This document shows positions 62,525-64,000 of a stretch of DNA of 64,000 nt, one piece after another (position 1 is the stretch's first letter; each line of letters opens with the position of its first letter). The notes under the pieces were generated by a model, which worked only from the letters and a program-made list of their open reading frames with translations, ran no database searches and had not been told where the DNA came from. The stretch is from the NCBI RefSeq assembly GCF_001194135.2, contig NC_069003.1:32438105-32502104 (forward strand). Direction: 5' to 3'. The DNA is from Octopus bimaculoides (lineage: Eukaryota). Position numbers and translations under genes: made by a program.

Positions 62525-63088
62525 TAATTCACGAGCCATGGGGGAAATATTACCTTGCTTAGAATCAGGTGAGGGTTGATGACTAGAAGGGCATTTGTCT
62601 GTAGAAAATTTGCTTCAGCAAATTCCATCTCACCCTTAGAAACATGGAAAAGTGGATGCTGAATGGTGAAGCCAAAACCAGACCAGATAGAAGTACTGAT
62701 AATCATCTTTGATAACAAGCCCACCCACCCCCACCCTTCAAGAAAGGTCTCAAAAATATCACCCTGGGTCCTATCACAAAAGTGAGCTTATATTACATGC
62801 TAAAAACGTTTTTCCTGAATATGCACTGTTGAAATTGGAGTATGCCTAATATACCTGTGCCTATTTTGTTCCATTAAATACCAAATTTAAGTATGTGTAG
62901 CATCTGAAATGTTAAAGATTCTTTCCTTTCCCTTTCGAGTGTTCTAATAACAACTTTGTTAAAACTTGTCCCTATCATGTTTCTTGTCTTTTTTCATTCG
63001 TCATATATGTATATATACACATACATGCATGTACACAAGATCACCTCCTCCAATTCCTCCTCCCCTCTCAAAGCATCTTGCAAATTAC

Positions 63089-63374
63089 TTGGTGAGCCTG
63101 CAAGTGCTGGTGCCACATAAAAAGCATCCAGTCCACACTGTAAAGTGGTTGGTGTTTGGAAGACCATGCCAAAACTGACCTCGCCTGTGCTCATGCCACG
63201 TAAAAAGCACTCAGTCCACTCTACTGGGTGGTTGGTGTTAGGAAGGGTATCTGGCCGTAAAAACCATGCCAAAACAGATACAGAAGTCTGGTGCAGTCTT
63301 CTGTCTGGCTAGCTCCTGTCAAACCATCCAACCCATGCCAGCATGGAAGGTGGACGTTCAATCATGATGATGAT
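63089..63374 (+). mobile_element. Family R element with an ~80-bp internal tandem duplication and (GAT)n tail
   Basis: GCCAC(A/G)TAAAAAGCA..CAGTCCAC.CT....GTGGTTGGTGTT.GGAAG occurs twice; tail CCAACCCATGCCAGCATGGAAGGTGGACGTTCAATCATGATGATGAT. Confidence 0.85.
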
Positions 63375-63897
63375 ATACCCATATTTGTTTATATGTGTAC
63401 ATATACATAGATATGTGTATTTGTGTGTGTACATATATGCATGTATGTATGTATGTATGTATGTATGTTTGTACTGTCCAGAAATTTTTCTCTTAATTCT
63501 TTCAGACAGACCTTTATAACAAAAAAAAAAATGCCAGCTTCTTTGTATGTATGTGTGTGTGTTGTTGTGTTATGTATATTGTGTGTGTGTGTGTGTGTGC
63601 ATCTATATGTTTATCTGTATGCATTGTTAGGTCTGATGAATGAGTATCTATGACACATGTAGAAGTTCTTTGTTAAAATGTTTTACTGTTATTGATGAAG
63701 GACATATCTCAGACAAATCTATCATTGCTGTAATCATAATACACATTCCACATTCTGTTTGCATGGAGGAAACTCTTTAATATATTTCCATAAATTCAAT
63801 ATCCTGTATTGATACTTCTCTCCATCCTACTCTCTCTCTCTCTTTCACACACACACAAATATAGCACATGGTCGTGCACACACACGTATGCACACAC

Positions 63898-63939
<42 letters not shown>

Positions 63940-64000
63940 TCAAAATGAAAGATTATATCGATAGTGAGGGCTGAATGAAAAAAATGTGTACAAGCGTCTG

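Overview
AT-rich eukaryotic scaffold window, dense in microsatellites and containing several N gaps. The repeat content looks like an octopus genome; this is inferred from the SINE families, not from a database hit. Most of the window appears to be intronic to one minus-strand protein-coding gene of unknown family. Its best-supported pieces are a 5'UTR exon (58788-58862), an ATG exon (58482-58569, MGLFCS..., an N-myristoylation-type start), an in-phase second coding exon (52706-52755) and an internal exon (30357-30454). The introns contain at least four SINE-like families, six MITE families (Tc1/mariner, pogo/Tc2, Tigger-like, hAT and two TTAA/piggyBac-like) and decayed coding fragments of RTE, R4/Dong, Penelope-like, mariner and pogo elements. 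The most striking feature is a near-perfect type I hammerhead ribozyme (12327-12371, + strand). It has a palindromic stem III and a U4C core variant, and sits at the tip of a ~130-nt rod-like fold inside a GC/CpG-rich element next to an assembly gap. It lies about 1 kb from a stop-free Penelope-like ORF fragment, so it is a candidate retrozyme or Penelope pLTR. Nearly all ORF-track entries are microsatellite or N-gap artefacts. No rRNA, true tRNA or CRISPR array was seen.
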